From NCBI GenBank assembly GCA_963662335.2, contig CAXXVD010000003.1, positions 64,001 through 128,000 of the forward strand: a DNA stretch of 64,000 nucleotides, in the 5' to 3' direction. The notes under the pieces are model-generated. The model worked only from the letters and a program-made list of their open reading frames with translations. It was not told where the DNA came from and did not search any database. Positions 42,112 through 51,684 of this stretch are shown one piece after another; the first letter of the stretch is position 1, and each line of letters starts with the position of its first letter. The position numbers and the translations under genes are program-made. This DNA is from Chloroflexota bacterium. GTDB taxonomy: Bacteria; Chloroflexota; UBA11872; VXOZ01.

Positions 42112-42226
42112 AGCATCCGTCCTCACGTGGCATCGTGACTAGGGGAAACGCGGATTCGCTTGTCCTAGATGGTAGAACCGTGCCTGCCTTACTGTCAAGC
42201 GCCGGGCGGGGCAAGAGCATCCCCGG

Positions 42227-43111
42227 CTAGCGCGGGTCTTGCGGCCCGATGTCGCCTTCCGCCAGCAGGCCGTAGAGTTCCGGCCGGCGGAAGCGCGGGT
42301 GGAAGACGCCCTGGGAACGCCGCTCGGCCAGCAGTCCCGCATCCAGGTCGGCGGTCACCATCACCTCGTCGCCGGCGTCTTCCGGCGAGGCCGCCACCAG
42401 TTGCCCCAGCGGACTGTAGATCACCACCATAGGATTGCCGTTGTACGGGCTGCCACCGTCGGCAACGGGCCCGCAGGCATTGACGGCAACCAGGAAGACG
42501 CCGTTATCGATGGCGCGGGCCGGAAAGGTGCGGCCGGCGTAGTCTTTCCAGGCCCGGTTGCGCGCGGCGTGGTCGGGAGGGTCGCCCCAGTCGCCCACCG
42601 ACCAGACGTACGGCGCGAAAATGACCTCGGCCCCTTGCAGCGCCACCATGCGGCTCGATTCCGGCAGCCAGTTGTCGAAACAGATGTTCACGCCCACTTT
42701 GGCCGCGCCAATGTCGATTACGGGCGGAATGCCCCCGCCGCGCCAATAGCCCACCTCGGCGGGAGGGATGTGGATTTTGCGCGACTTGCCGATGTACCCC
42801 TCCGGCCCCACGATCACGTAGGTGTTGTACACAATGTCACGGTCATTCTCGGCAATGCCGGCGGCGAGCATGACGTCGTGCTCCCGCGCCAGTTCGACGA
42901 GGGCCGCCGTGGAAGGCCCCGGCACCGGTTCAGACTCATCCCAAATCGCCGAAGTTATGCTGTATCCGGTCAGGCCGAGCTCGGGGAAGCAGATGAGGTC
43001 CGGGTTATCCGCCTTGGCGCGCTCGATCCAGGCGGCATGATGGCTGAGGTTTTCCTGCGGCGCCGCCGGCCGGCTGCACAGCGAGACCGCCGTGACGCGA
43101 AAGCTCTGCAT
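42227..43111 (-). CDS. Carbon-nitrogen hydrolase (nitrilase superfamily)
   Basis: FPEL, RKIH, ICFDNW.PE, RRPELY. Confidence 0.92.
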   Translation of the reverse strand: MQSFRVTAVSLCSRPAAPQENLSHHAAWIERAKADNPDLICFPELGLTGYSITSAIWDESEPVPGPSTAALVELAREHDVMLAAGIAENDRDIVYNTYVIVGPEGYIGKSRKIHIPPAEVGYWRGGGIPPVIDIGAAKVGVNICFDNWLPESSRMVALQGAEVIFAPYVWSVGDWGDPPDHAARNRAWKDYAGRTFPARAIDNGVFLVAVNACGPVADGGSPYNGNPMVVIYSPLGQLVAASPEDAGDEVMVTADLDAGLLAERRSQGVFHPRFRRPELYGLLAEGDIGPQDPR

Positions 43112-43339
43112 ATGCTATACCTCGCTAGCTGTCGAGGGCCGGCTCCCGTTCAATCGTTGCCGGCTTGTGCGGCGCATTGCCGCTCCTGCGCCTAGCATGG
43201 CATACGTCCGCGCCTTTAGCAATGCTGCCGCAAGGAGCCCGCCAGGCTCAACGGGTTCTACAGGGTTTCTCGTTAACGTGAATCAAACTGAGCGGCGCTA
43301 AACATTGGTTTCGGATGCGCACAGGCGCTTGCGCAGCGG

Positions 43340-43759
43340 TCAATACCCGGTGAGGGCGTAGACGATGTTCAGAAGTTCGAACGGGCTGAAGTGCTTGTGG
43401 AGCGTCCGGTCCGGTTGCAGGGCGCTCGCGGATGAAGAATCGCCAGGCGCGGCGCGGTCGGTGAGGAGCAGGAGCGGCACGTCAGCGATTGCGGGATCGA
43501 TCTTCGTCTGCGCATACGGCGATGCGGATTCGATAGCAGCGAGGTCGCCGTCCACGATAACGAGGTCGAGACGTTCGTTGCCGGCGATAGCGCTCAGCGC
43601 TTGCAAGGAGTCCGCCTCCACAACGCGCGTGCGCTTGTTCTCCACGGCGGCGCGTACCAATGCCCGCAGGTGCCACGCCGGGGCAGCGACGGCGATGGTC
43701 TTGCGCCGGCCTCTCGTTTCCGCGGGCACGTGGGGTTGCGGCGCGGCGGCATTGGACAT
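43340..43759 (-). CDS. Atypical single-domain response regulator (receiver-like)
   Basis: DLVIVD, DP....VPLLLLT, LHKHFSP.EL; N-terminal acidic pair absent. Confidence 0.6.
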   Translation of the reverse strand: MSNAAAPQPHVPAETRGRRKTIAVAAPAWHLRALVRAAVENKRTRVVEADSLQALSAIAGNERLDLVIVDGDLAAIESASPYAQTKIDPAIADVPLLLLTDRAAPGDSSSASALQPDRTLHKHFSPFELLNIVYALTGY

Positions 43760-44010
43760 GGGCGGCTTCCTTTCCAGATTCTCTCTCGTTAGTGTACCGC
43801 ACCGGCGCCGGCGCGCCACTAGCGGTTGGCGTTGCGCAGAGCCCGTCCCAACGCGCGCAAGCCGGACAAGCGAGCAAAGTCCCATAAGGAGTTGTCAGGG
43901 AAACGACGGCCAAGCCGCGCAGAATGCGCCGTGTAGCGTGGGCACGGCGAATTGGTATAAGATGGTGTGCAAGCGCGTGTGCGCGTGACCCACCTTTTGG
44001 AGGCGAGTTG

Positions 44011-45051
44011 ATGGCAGCAACGGCCGGCGCTTACGCATTCGACCTATACCGGTTCTTCCCGGAAGACCTCTTCTGGCGCATTACCGACGTGCGGGTGGAC
44101 AGCCCGGAAGTCGTGGCGCTGGAGCAGCGCGCGCGCAAGCGGCGCACGCGCCTGGCGCCCGACGGCAAACTCGTCATCCTGGCGGCGGACCATCCCGCCC
44201 GCATGTCCACGGCCACGCCCACCGATCCGTTGGGCATGACGAACCGCCACGCCTATTTGGGCCGGGTGCTGCGGGCGCTGGTCGGCGGCCTCATCGACGG
44301 CCTCATGGCCACGCCGGACATACTGGACGACGTCTTCATCGTCAACCACCTGGTCAAGCAGGGCGGCGGGCCGGGCTTCCTGGACGGCAAGGTGCTGCTG
44401 GGTTCCATGAACCGCTCCGGCCTGACGAACACGGCCTTCGAGATGGACGACGACATGAGCGCCTACACCGCCGCCGGCATCGCCGCGGCCAACCTGGACG
44501 GCGCCAAGGTGCTGTGGCGTCTCGACCCAAATGAGCCGGGTTCCGGCAAGACGCTCATGTACATCGCCGAGGCCGTGCGCGAACTGAGCGCCATGGGCCT
44601 GCCGAGCTTTCTGGAGCCGCTGCCGGTAAAGAAGACCGAAAACGGGTACCAACCGGTCAAAGACCCCATAGAGTTGCTGAAACAGATTGGCGTTTTGGCA
44701 GGTGTCGGCGGCAATACCGCGCGCACCTGGCTGAAGATTCCCGTCTGCGCGGACTACGAGCGCGTGGTGCGGGCGACCACGATGCCGCTCCTGATGCTCG
44801 GCGGCGCGTCCCACAACGACCCCGCGCCGACGATACGCGAATTTGCCGGCGGCCTGAGCGCCGGGCCGAACGTGCGCGGCGCCATGGTGGGGCGCAACGT
44901 GCTCTATCCGGGCATGGACGACCCGCTGGCCGTGGGCCAGGCCATCAGTGAGATCATCCACCACGGCCTCAGCGCCGAGGACGCCTTGGGCAAACTGCCC
45001 CAGTACCGGGACCACGACATCGACATGCTGGCACGATATGCGCTTGCCTAA
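44011..45051 (+). CDS. Class I aldolase-like TIM barrel (Cgl0159-like)
   Basis: LAADHPAR, GSMNRSGL, FE.DD, WLKIP, P.LMLGG, VGRN.LYP. Confidence 0.75.
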   Translation: MAATAGAYAFDLYRFFPEDLFWRITDVRVDSPEVVALEQRARKRRTRLAPDGKLVILAADHPARMSTATPTDPLGMTNRHAYLGRVLRALVGGLIDGLMATPDILDDVFIVNHLVKQGGGPGFLDGKVLLGSMNRSGLTNTAFEMDDDMSAYTAAGIAAANLDGAKVLWRLDPNEPGSGKTLMYIAEAVRELSAMGLPSFLEPLPVKKTENGYQPVKDPIELLKQIGVLAGVGGNTARTWLKIPVCADYERVVRATTMPLLMLGGASHNDPAPTIREFAGGLSAGPNVRGAMVGRNVLYPGMDDPLAVGQAISEIIHHGLSAEDALGKLPQYRDHDIDMLARYALA

Positions 45052-45074
45052 TCCAAAGAGGAGGGAGACCTTCT

Positions 45075-46304
45075 ATGCCTGACACCCTGCGCGGCAATCT
45101 GGCGGTAGGCCAATCGGGCGGGCCCACCGCCGTCATCAACGCATCGCTGGTGGGCGTGCTGCACGAGGCCGCCACGCATGACGCCATCGAGAACGTCTAC
45201 GGCTTGCGGCACGGCGTAGAGGGCCTGCTGAAGGAAGACCTGATGGACCTGAGCGGCATAAGCGCGGAGGCTTTGGAGCGCATCAAGCAGACGCCGGCCG
45301 CCGCCTTGGGCTCCTGCCGCCGCAAGCTGCGGCCGGACGACTACACCCGCATCCTGGAGGTCTTTCGCGCTCACAACATTCGCTACTTCCTTTATAACGG
45401 CGGCAACGACTCCATGGACACCAGCCAGCGCATCGCCGACCTGGCCGAGCGCGAGGGCTATGAACTGCGCGTGATCGGCGTGCCCAAGACGATTGACAAC
45501 GACCTGATGTACACCGACCACTGCCCCGGCTACGGCAGCGCCGCCCGCTACTGCGCCATGTCGGTGCGCGACATGGGGCGGGACGTGGAAGCGATGGCCG
45601 GCTACGACCGGGTCGCGCTCTACGAGAGCATGGGACGCCACGCCGGCTGGCTGACCGCCGCCAGTTGCCTGGGCAAACGGGACGAGATCGATCCGCCCCA
45701 CCTGGTCTACCTGCCGGAGATTCCCTTTAGCGAGGAAAAGTTCCTGGATGACGTATCGCGCTGCTTCGTGAAGCACGGCTTCGCCACGGTGGCGGTGGCG
45801 GAGATGCTGAAGACGGCGGAAGGCGACATCGTCGGCCTCTCCGAAGCGACGGTGAACTCGGATTCGTTCGGCCACATCATCGTGGCGGGCAGCGCCAACT
45901 ACCTGGCGCGCCAAATACGCGAGCGGCTGGGCATCAAGGCGCGCGCCAACCGGCCGGGCACCCTGCAGCGCTCGTCGATGGTCGCCGCCTCCCAGGTGGA
46001 CCGGGACGAGGCCTACATGGTCGGCCAGGCGGCGGTGCGCGAGGCGGTCGGCGGCGCCGGCGGCGTGATGATTACGCTGGAACGCACCAGCAACGACCCG
46101 TACGAGTGCACCACCGGCACGGCGGCGCTGGGCACGGTGGCCAACGCCGAGAACTACCTGCCCCGCGCGTTCATCAACAAAGAGGGCAATATGCCGTCGG
46201 ACGAGTTCCGCGCCTACGCCGAACCGCTGATCGGCGAGCCGCTGCCGCCCGTGGGCCGTTTTGCGGTGCAAGCGGTTGCGAAACGGACGGTGGCGGCGTC
46301 TTGA
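45075..46304 (+). CDS. pfkA: 6-phosphofructokinase, probably PPi-dependent
   Basis: QSGGPT, GGNDS (Asp at the phosphoryl-donor position), PKTIDND, MGRHAGW. Confidence 0.88.
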   Translation: MPDTLRGNLAVGQSGGPTAVINASLVGVLHEAATHDAIENVYGLRHGVEGLLKEDLMDLSGISAEALERIKQTPAAALGSCRRKLRPDDYTRILEVFRAHNIRYFLYNGGNDSMDTSQRIADLAEREGYELRVIGVPKTIDNDLMYTDHCPGYGSAARYCAMSVRDMGRDVEAMAGYDRVALYESMGRHAGWLTAASCLGKRDEIDPPHLVYLPEIPFSEEKFLDDVSRCFVKHGFATVAVAEMLKTAEGDIVGLSEATVNSDSFGHIIVAGSANYLARQIRERLGIKARANRPGTLQRSSMVAASQVDRDEAYMVGQAAVREAVGGAGGVMITLERTSNDPYECTTGTAALGTVANAENYLPRAFINKEGNMPSDEFRAYAEPLIGEPLPPVGRFAVQAVAKRTVAAS

Positions 46305-46415
46305 CGGGCCGCGCGCGGCTGCATTTCTGCCCGGGTTTGTGCAGCGGACGGCAGCGCGCGACCGCTATCCGGCCGGGTTGAACAAGGCCGGCCGCATGAA
46401 GGAGCGCCGTATTTC

Positions 46416-47000
46416 GTGTGGACTATTCCCCAGGCGCTTGGCGTCCTGACCCTGATCGCGTTCGCGGCCACGGCGCTTATCGCAATCCTCGGCGTGTGGG
46501 AACGCGCGCTGCCGGCGCGAGACGCCGCGCGCATGAGCGCGGCGGCGCGTTCGCGCACGTCGGTTCTGGCCTACGTCCGGGAGTCCGCGCTCTGGCTGGC
46601 GTGGCTCGCGGCGCTGGCCGCCACCGGCGGCAGCCTCTACCTCTCCGAAGTCCTCCACTATCCGCCTTGCGTGCTCTGCTGGTGGCAGCGGATTGCCATG
46701 TATCCCCTGGTGCTCGTGCTTGGCGCCGGCGCGCTGCGCAACGATCCCGCCATCCGCTGGTACGCGCTGCCGCTAGCGGCAGTGGGCGCGCTGATTGCCG
46801 GCTACCACACGCTGCTGCAACGGGTTCCCGCGCTCGATCAGGCGACGAGTTGCAGCGCGGAAGCGCCCTGCAACGTGATGTGGGTGCAGGCCTTTGGCTT
46901 CGTCTCGATACCGGTGATGGCGCTGGCGGCGTTTGTGCTGATTGGCGTATTGGCGCTCATTGCCCCGACGCGACCGGCGGTGCAGATGACTCGTAGGTAA
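46416..47000 (+). CDS. Disulfide bond formation protein B (DsbB/BdbC)
   Basis: GSLYLSE...YPPCVLCWWQRI.MYP, second Cys pair, FGFVSIP. Confidence 0.9.
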   Translation: MWTIPQALGVLTLIAFAATALIAILGVWERALPARDAARMSAAARSRTSVLAYVRESALWLAWLAALAATGGSLYLSEVLHYPPCVLCWWQRIAMYPLVLVLGAGALRNDPAIRWYALPLAAVGALIAGYHTLLQRVPALDQATSCSAEAPCNVMWVQAFGFVSIPVMALAAFVLIGVLALIAPTRPAVQMTRR

Positions 47001-47032
47001 GAGACTTGAACGCACTTTTCTCGCTCTAGCCG

Positions 47033-47887
47033 TTATCGCAAAGTCTCAGCACTATTCTTTAGATCTGTTACTCTTGCGTCGATGCTATCAAGTATCTCCG
47101 TTGGAATGCCGCTGTCTCTTTTGAGATACTTAGCTAAGAGTTCATGCTCATCGTACGACGCAAAGCAATCGACCTTGCCTTTGAGATGAGGGGAAAGGTG
47201 CTGAACTGAAGGGGGAACGCCCTTTGCAACAGAAAACTGATATACGTACTTTAGATTGTCTTTCAAGTATCCAACAACAGGCAGAAAGTCGGCATCGCCA
47301 CTGACAAGAATTGCTGCGTCGTAGTAAGGCATTTTCGCGATCATGTCTACAGCGATTCCAATGTCCACCCCCTTCTCACCCACCTGAACGCCTCTATAGA
47401 TGATGTCCTGCCCCTTCTGTTCGAGCCTGTGCACTCGCAGAGGATGAACTTGATACTGGCCTACATACCTAAACTCTAGGAAATCCGTCCCTCGCTGAAT
47501 CTCTTCGAAAGTCTTCTCCCGCAAGCGCTGGAAATAGTCCCGCTCTTGCGTGTACCACTCATTCGCAAGTTCAACAACTCGTTCTGGCGAAAGCCCGTTG
47601 ATTTCAGGATGACTGTGTACTATGCGTTGGGAAAGACGCCTTGCGTCTCGAGTCGATACCCAAGGAGAAATGCTCTCTGCGTAGTACCAGTAGACCCTAA
47701 TGAGCCGATAATTCAGCTTCGTAAGCGCTTCGAACTTCTCAATTACCCCGCCGTAGAACCCTCTCCAGTCAAAGTGGCGCTCTTCAAGCCGATACGGGCG
47801 TCTTTGCGGTGAAGAACTGAAAGTAAAGTCTCTAAGATTGCCGCGGAAATTCGCGCCATCCACGAAGATCACCGTTCTCAAAGACAT
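47033..47887 (-). CDS. NYN domain (LabA/DUF88, PIN-like) predicted ribonuclease
   Basis: IFVDGAN, EKGVD..IAVDM, LVSGDADF acidic residues intact; lower GC than flanks. Confidence 0.9.
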   Translation of the reverse strand: MSLRTVIFVDGANFRGNLRDFTFSSSPQRRPYRLEERHFDWRGFYGGVIEKFEALTKLNYRLIRVYWYYAESISPWVSTRDARRLSQRIVHSHPEINGLSPERVVELANEWYTQERDYFQRLREKTFEEIQRGTDFLEFRYVGQYQVHPLRVHRLEQKGQDIIYRGVQVGEKGVDIGIAVDMIAKMPYYDAAILVSGDADFLPVVGYLKDNLKYVYQFSVAKGVPPSVQHLSPHLKGKVDCFASYDEHELLAKYLKRDSGIPTEILDSIDARVTDLKNSAETLR

Positions 47888-47904
47888 AGAGCAGATTCCC
47901 GAAT

Positions 47905-47928
47905 AAAAAAGGGGGCCAAATGGCCCCC
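47905..47928 (-). terminator. Intrinsic terminator directly upstream of the NYN start codon
   Basis: Minus strand GGGGGCCA-TT-TGGCCCCC-TTTTTT, ending 17 nt before the ATG. Confidence 0.8.
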
Positions 47929-47972
47929 GCGTCCCAGTAGTATTGGCATGTGCGGCGTAATCACGACCGCAC
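47905..47972 (-). ncRNA. Candidate structured leader/small RNA of about 65 nt
   Basis: Bounded by promoter and terminator; hairpin GUGCGG-U-CGU-GAUU-ACG-CCGCAC; no ORF. Confidence 0.5.
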
Positions 47973-47976
47973 CCTT

Positions 47977-48006
47977 AGTATAGACTGTGGCTGCTACTCT
48001 CGTCAA
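47977..48006 (-). promoter_or_regulatory. Sigma70-type promoter
   Basis: Minus strand TTGACG (48006-48001), 18-bp spacer, TATACT (47982-47977). Confidence 0.75.
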
Positions 48007-48289
48007 GGTCTGATTCCTTGCCATACACCCTTTGCTTAGAAAAGGCTGCCAAGCCAAGTCTCACTGTTATCAGAGTCCAGATCGCTCACTTAGTTTTGAC
48101 GAGATTCGCCGGATGACTAGCGATTATATCGCCAAACAGAGACCTGGCCGTTCCAGCCGCATCCGCGTTTGTTCCCCGCGCGGGCATAGGGTATTATGAC
48201 CAATGGCGCGTCACGCCAGTGACGCCCGTATTCCGGTCTTCTCGCTAGAACCACAGCCTGGTTTAGCGTGCGTTGCAGGGGAGGCATCC

Positions 48290-49591
48290 ATGCCGGTTAC
48301 CGCCGTAGTTGGCGCCCAGTGGGGTGATGAGGGCAAGGGGCGCGTGGTCGACTACATGGCCGCGCAGGCCCACCTGGTGATTCGCTACCAGGGCGGGGAC
48401 AACGCGGGCCATACCGTCGTCAACCACTACGGCAAGTTCGCGCTCCACCTCTTCCCCTGCGGCATCTTCTACCCCCACGTGCGCAACGTGCTCGGCGCGG
48501 GCATGGCGATCAACCCGCAGTCGTTCCTGAACGAAATGAAGATGCTGAACGACGCCGGCGTAGAGACGCCCCCCAGCCGCGTGCGCATTTCCGAACGGGC
48601 GCAGGTGGTGATGCCGTACCACGTGCTGCTGGACGGCCTGGAAGAGGAAGCGCGCGGCAAGAACGCCCAGGGCACCACCAAGCGCGGCATCGGTCCCTGC
48701 TACACCGACAAGGCGGCGCGCATCGGGCTGCGCATGGGCGACCTGACCGACCCGGCGCACCTGCGCGCCTACCTGCGCCAGGTGGTGGACGTGAAGAACC
48801 GCCTCCTCACCGGCGTCTACGACCACGACCCGCTCTCCTACGACGCGCTGCTGGAGCAGGCGCTGGACTGGGGCGCGCAACTGGCGCCGTACGTCGAGAA
48901 TACGCATCCGCTGGTGCAGCAGGCCCTGCGCGAGGATAGAACCGTGCTGCTGGAAGGCCAGCTTGGCGCGCTGCGCGACGTGGATTGGGGCATCTATCCC
49001 TTTGTCACGTCGTCCTCGCCCATCACCGGCGGCAGCGCCACCGGCGCCGGGATGCCGCCGCACCGCATCAACCACATCATCGGCGTGGTCAAGGCCTACA
49101 CCACCGCCGTCGGCGAAGGCCCGGTGCCCACCGAGCTTGACGGGGAGATGGGCGAGACCCTGCGGGAGGTGGGCGAGGAATACGGCGCTACCACCGGACG
49201 CCCCCGCCGCTGCGGCTGGTTCGACGCCGTGGCCGTGCGCTACGCCGCCGAACTCTGCGGCTTTTCGTCGATTGCCGTAACCAAGATCGACGTGCTCGAC
49301 CAACTGCCCGCGCTCAAGGTCTGCGTGGCCTACGACGTGGACGGCACGCGCCACGAGACCGTGCCGGATACGCGCCTGATGGCCCGCGCCCGGCCAATCT
49401 ACGAGGAAATGCCCGGCTGGCAGGAGCCAACGACTGCGGCGCGCGCCTGGCACGACCTGCCGCCCAACGCCCAGGCCTACCTGGAACGCATTAGCGAATT
49501 GACCGGCGGCGTGCGGATAAGCATGGTGGGCGTCGGCCCGCACCGAGACGATACGCTGGTCGTAGACCGGCAGCAGTACGAGGTGGCGTAG
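48290..49591 (+). CDS. purA: Adenylosuccinate synthetase
   Basis: QWGDEGKG, GG.NAGHT, GTTKRGIGP.Y, GATTGRPRRCGW. Confidence 0.97.
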   Translation: MPVTAVVGAQWGDEGKGRVVDYMAAQAHLVIRYQGGDNAGHTVVNHYGKFALHLFPCGIFYPHVRNVLGAGMAINPQSFLNEMKMLNDAGVETPPSRVRISERAQVVMPYHVLLDGLEEEARGKNAQGTTKRGIGPCYTDKAARIGLRMGDLTDPAHLRAYLRQVVDVKNRLLTGVYDHDPLSYDALLEQALDWGAQLAPYVENTHPLVQQALREDRTVLLEGQLGALRDVDWGIYPFVTSSSPITGGSATGAGMPPHRINHIIGVVKAYTTAVGEGPVPTELDGEMGETLREVGEEYGATTGRPRRCGWFDAVAVRYAAELCGFSSIAVTKIDVLDQLPALKVCVAYDVDGTRHETVPDTRLMARARPIYEEMPGWQEPTTAARAWHDLPPNAQAYLERISELTGGVRISMVGVGPHRDDTLVVDRQQYEVA

Positions 49592-49674
49592 CGCAAGAAG
49601 ACGCTGCCCGCCGCGCGCAACGGGCGCGGGGGCAGGATGCTGAACGTAAGCGAGCATAAGGAGAAGGGTACAGG

Positions 49675-50742
49675 ATGGCAACACAGCAAGCGATTGGCTT
49701 TGGCGTGATTGGCGCCGGCGGCATTGCCGGTTCCCACACGCAGGCAATCAAAGACGCCGCCGGGGCGGAGTTGATCGGCATCGGCGACGTGGAGCCGCAG
49801 TTCGCGGTGGGCCTGGCGGAGAAACATGGCGTCACGGCCTATAGCTCCGTTGAAGAGTTGCTGGCCGATGACGCCATTCAGGTGGTGAACATCTGCACGC
49901 CCACCGGCACCCACGCCGAGTTGGGCATCCAGGCGGCGCAGGCCGGCAAGCACGTGATTTGCGAGAAGCCGCTGGACGTCACCCTGGAAAAGGCCGACGC
50001 GCTCATCGCGGCCTGCCGCGAGCATGACGTCAAGCTGATGGCGATCTTCCAATCGCGCCTGCACCCGCTCTACGCCAAGGTGAAAGAGACGATTGCCGCC
50101 GGCCGCCTGGGCCGCGTCTTCTACGCCGACGTGCAACTCTACTGGCTGCGCACGGCGGAGTACTTCGCCGGCGGCGGGCCGGTGAGCTGGCGCGGCACCT
50201 ACGAGTTCGACGGCGGCGGCGCGTCCATGAACCAGGGCATCCACAGCATCGACCTGCTCCAGTGGATCATGGGCCCGGTCGAGTCGCTCACCGCTCAACT
50301 CGGCACCTTTACCCACGACATCGAGACGGAAGACCTGGCCGTGGTCAACGCCCGCTTTGCCAACGGCTCGTTCGGCAACATGGTCTTCACCACCTCGGCC
50401 TACCCGGGGCTGGACCACAACTTCCACTTCTTTGGCGAGAAGGGCAGCATCTGCCTGACCAACGCCGGCGTCGTCACCTGGCGCATCCAGGGCGACCGGG
50501 AGGAAGAGGAGGAGCGGGAGATGAAGTCCGGCTACTCCGCGAAAATGACTGCCGCCGCCGACCCCACGGTGAAAGGCTGGAACGGCCACCAGGTGCAGGT
50601 GGAAGACATGGTGCGGGCCATCCACGAAGGCCGCCCGCCGGCCATCACCGGCGAGGAAGCCCGCCACGCCCTGGAAATCGCCGTCGGCATCCAGAAGGCC
50701 GGCAAGATTTCACCGGCGCCGGTGAACTTCCCGCTGGCATAG
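49675..50742 (+). CDS. Gfo/Idh/MocA family oxidoreductase
   Basis: GAGGIA, HVICEKP, GGG..MNQGIHSID. Confidence 0.93.
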   Translation: MATQQAIGFGVIGAGGIAGSHTQAIKDAAGAELIGIGDVEPQFAVGLAEKHGVTAYSSVEELLADDAIQVVNICTPTGTHAELGIQAAQAGKHVICEKPLDVTLEKADALIAACREHDVKLMAIFQSRLHPLYAKVKETIAAGRLGRVFYADVQLYWLRTAEYFAGGGPVSWRGTYEFDGGGASMNQGIHSIDLLQWIMGPVESLTAQLGTFTHDIETEDLAVVNARFANGSFGNMVFTTSAYPGLDHNFHFFGEKGSICLTNAGVVTWRIQGDREEEEEREMKSGYSAKMTAAADPTVKGWNGHQVQVEDMVRAIHEGRPPAITGEEARHALEIAVGIQKAGKISPAPVNFPLA

Positions 50743-50757
50743 CCCGCAGACCCTCTC

Positions 50758-50827
50758 GTCATTCCGGCGAAAGCCGGAATCCAGAGCGCGCGCGGCAAAG
50801 ATGGATTCCGGCTTTCGCCGGAATGAC
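50758..50827. repeat. REP-D variant inverted pair
   Basis: GTCATTCCGGCGAAAGCCGGAATCCA ... TGGATTCCGGCTTTCGCCGGAATGAC. Confidence 0.85.
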
Positions 50828-50831
50828 AGAA

Positions 50832-51557
50832 TTACGTAAAGGTCTTCTGAGGCGGGGCTGCCGTCACGGAGCGCCGGTAGAGGTAGGCGTTCCCCTGCTT
50901 GCCAACGACCTCGATTGCCCCCATGTGGCGCAGGCAGTAGGCGATCTTCCGGCCTTGGTTGTGGCGGACGCCGCAGCGGGCGGCGATCTGGCTGCTGGTG
51001 AACGTTTCCGGCAGTGTGGCGGGCAGGAGCGCGGCGAAGTCCGCCGGGCCGTGGAAGCGGTGTTGGGATACGACGCTGAGCAGGGTTTGGTCGTCGATGC
51101 TCCAGCCGCGCCGCCGCCAACTGCCGCGTCCGTCCTGGCGGCGGGTCTCCTCCACCTCGACCAGGAGCACGTCCAGCGCGAAGCGCGGGTGGCCGACGAG
51201 ATGCGGGATGCTCACCAGTTCGTCGAAGAGGTCGAGCAGCGTGCCGCGCTTGGGCGAACGGCGGCGGCTGCGCGCGGTGGCGCCGTTGCCCTCCAGCCGT
51301 ACGATCCACTTCCGCGCCGCTATGGGATGCGCCAGACGCACCGTGTGGTTTTCCAGCAGCGCGGCCAGCTTGCGCTTGATCTTGCCGAAGCTCCGCGTTT
51401 GGATCTCGATGAGTTCGCCGGCGCGCGCCAGGTCAACTACGTAGCCGTCCACCGGCTGCTCGGCGCGGTCGCCCGGCGCGGCGTACCAGGACTTCAACGC
51501 GGCGTGGAGCGATTTTTCGTGATAGGTGCCGATGGCCGGCGCGGGCAGGGCGCTCAT
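50832..51557 (-). CDS. Hypothetical protein, PD-(D/E)XK nuclease-like with a C-terminal HTH-like region
   Basis: E.SLH..LK, E..VDGYVVD......IEIQT; FTS..IA...G......IAY.L. Confidence 0.65.
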   Translation of the reverse strand: MSALPAPAIGTYHEKSLHAALKSWYAAPGDRAEQPVDGYVVDLARAGELIEIQTRSFGKIKRKLAALLENHTVRLAHPIAARKWIVRLEGNGATARSRRRSPKRGTLLDLFDELVSIPHLVGHPRFALDVLLVEVEETRRQDGRGSWRRRGWSIDDQTLLSVVSQHRFHGPADFAALLPATLPETFTSSQIAARCGVRHNQGRKIAYCLRHMGAIEVVGKQGNAYLYRRSVTAAPPQKTFT

Positions 51558-51684
51558 GCGGGTTTCTTCCCGTCTCATGCGCCGGGCGGTGGCGCGCTCA
51601 GGCCGCCGGGTATATGCTGGCTGCGGCGGCTTCTTCATTCCGCGCGGGATTATTGGTGAAAATACCGTCCGCAGAGGCGCGCCC

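Noticed and set aside
47001-48150. att sites or target duplications bounding the NYN islet (also checked for the TIR gene)
   Set aside because: No convincing direct or inverted repeats at the GC transitions, and no integrase
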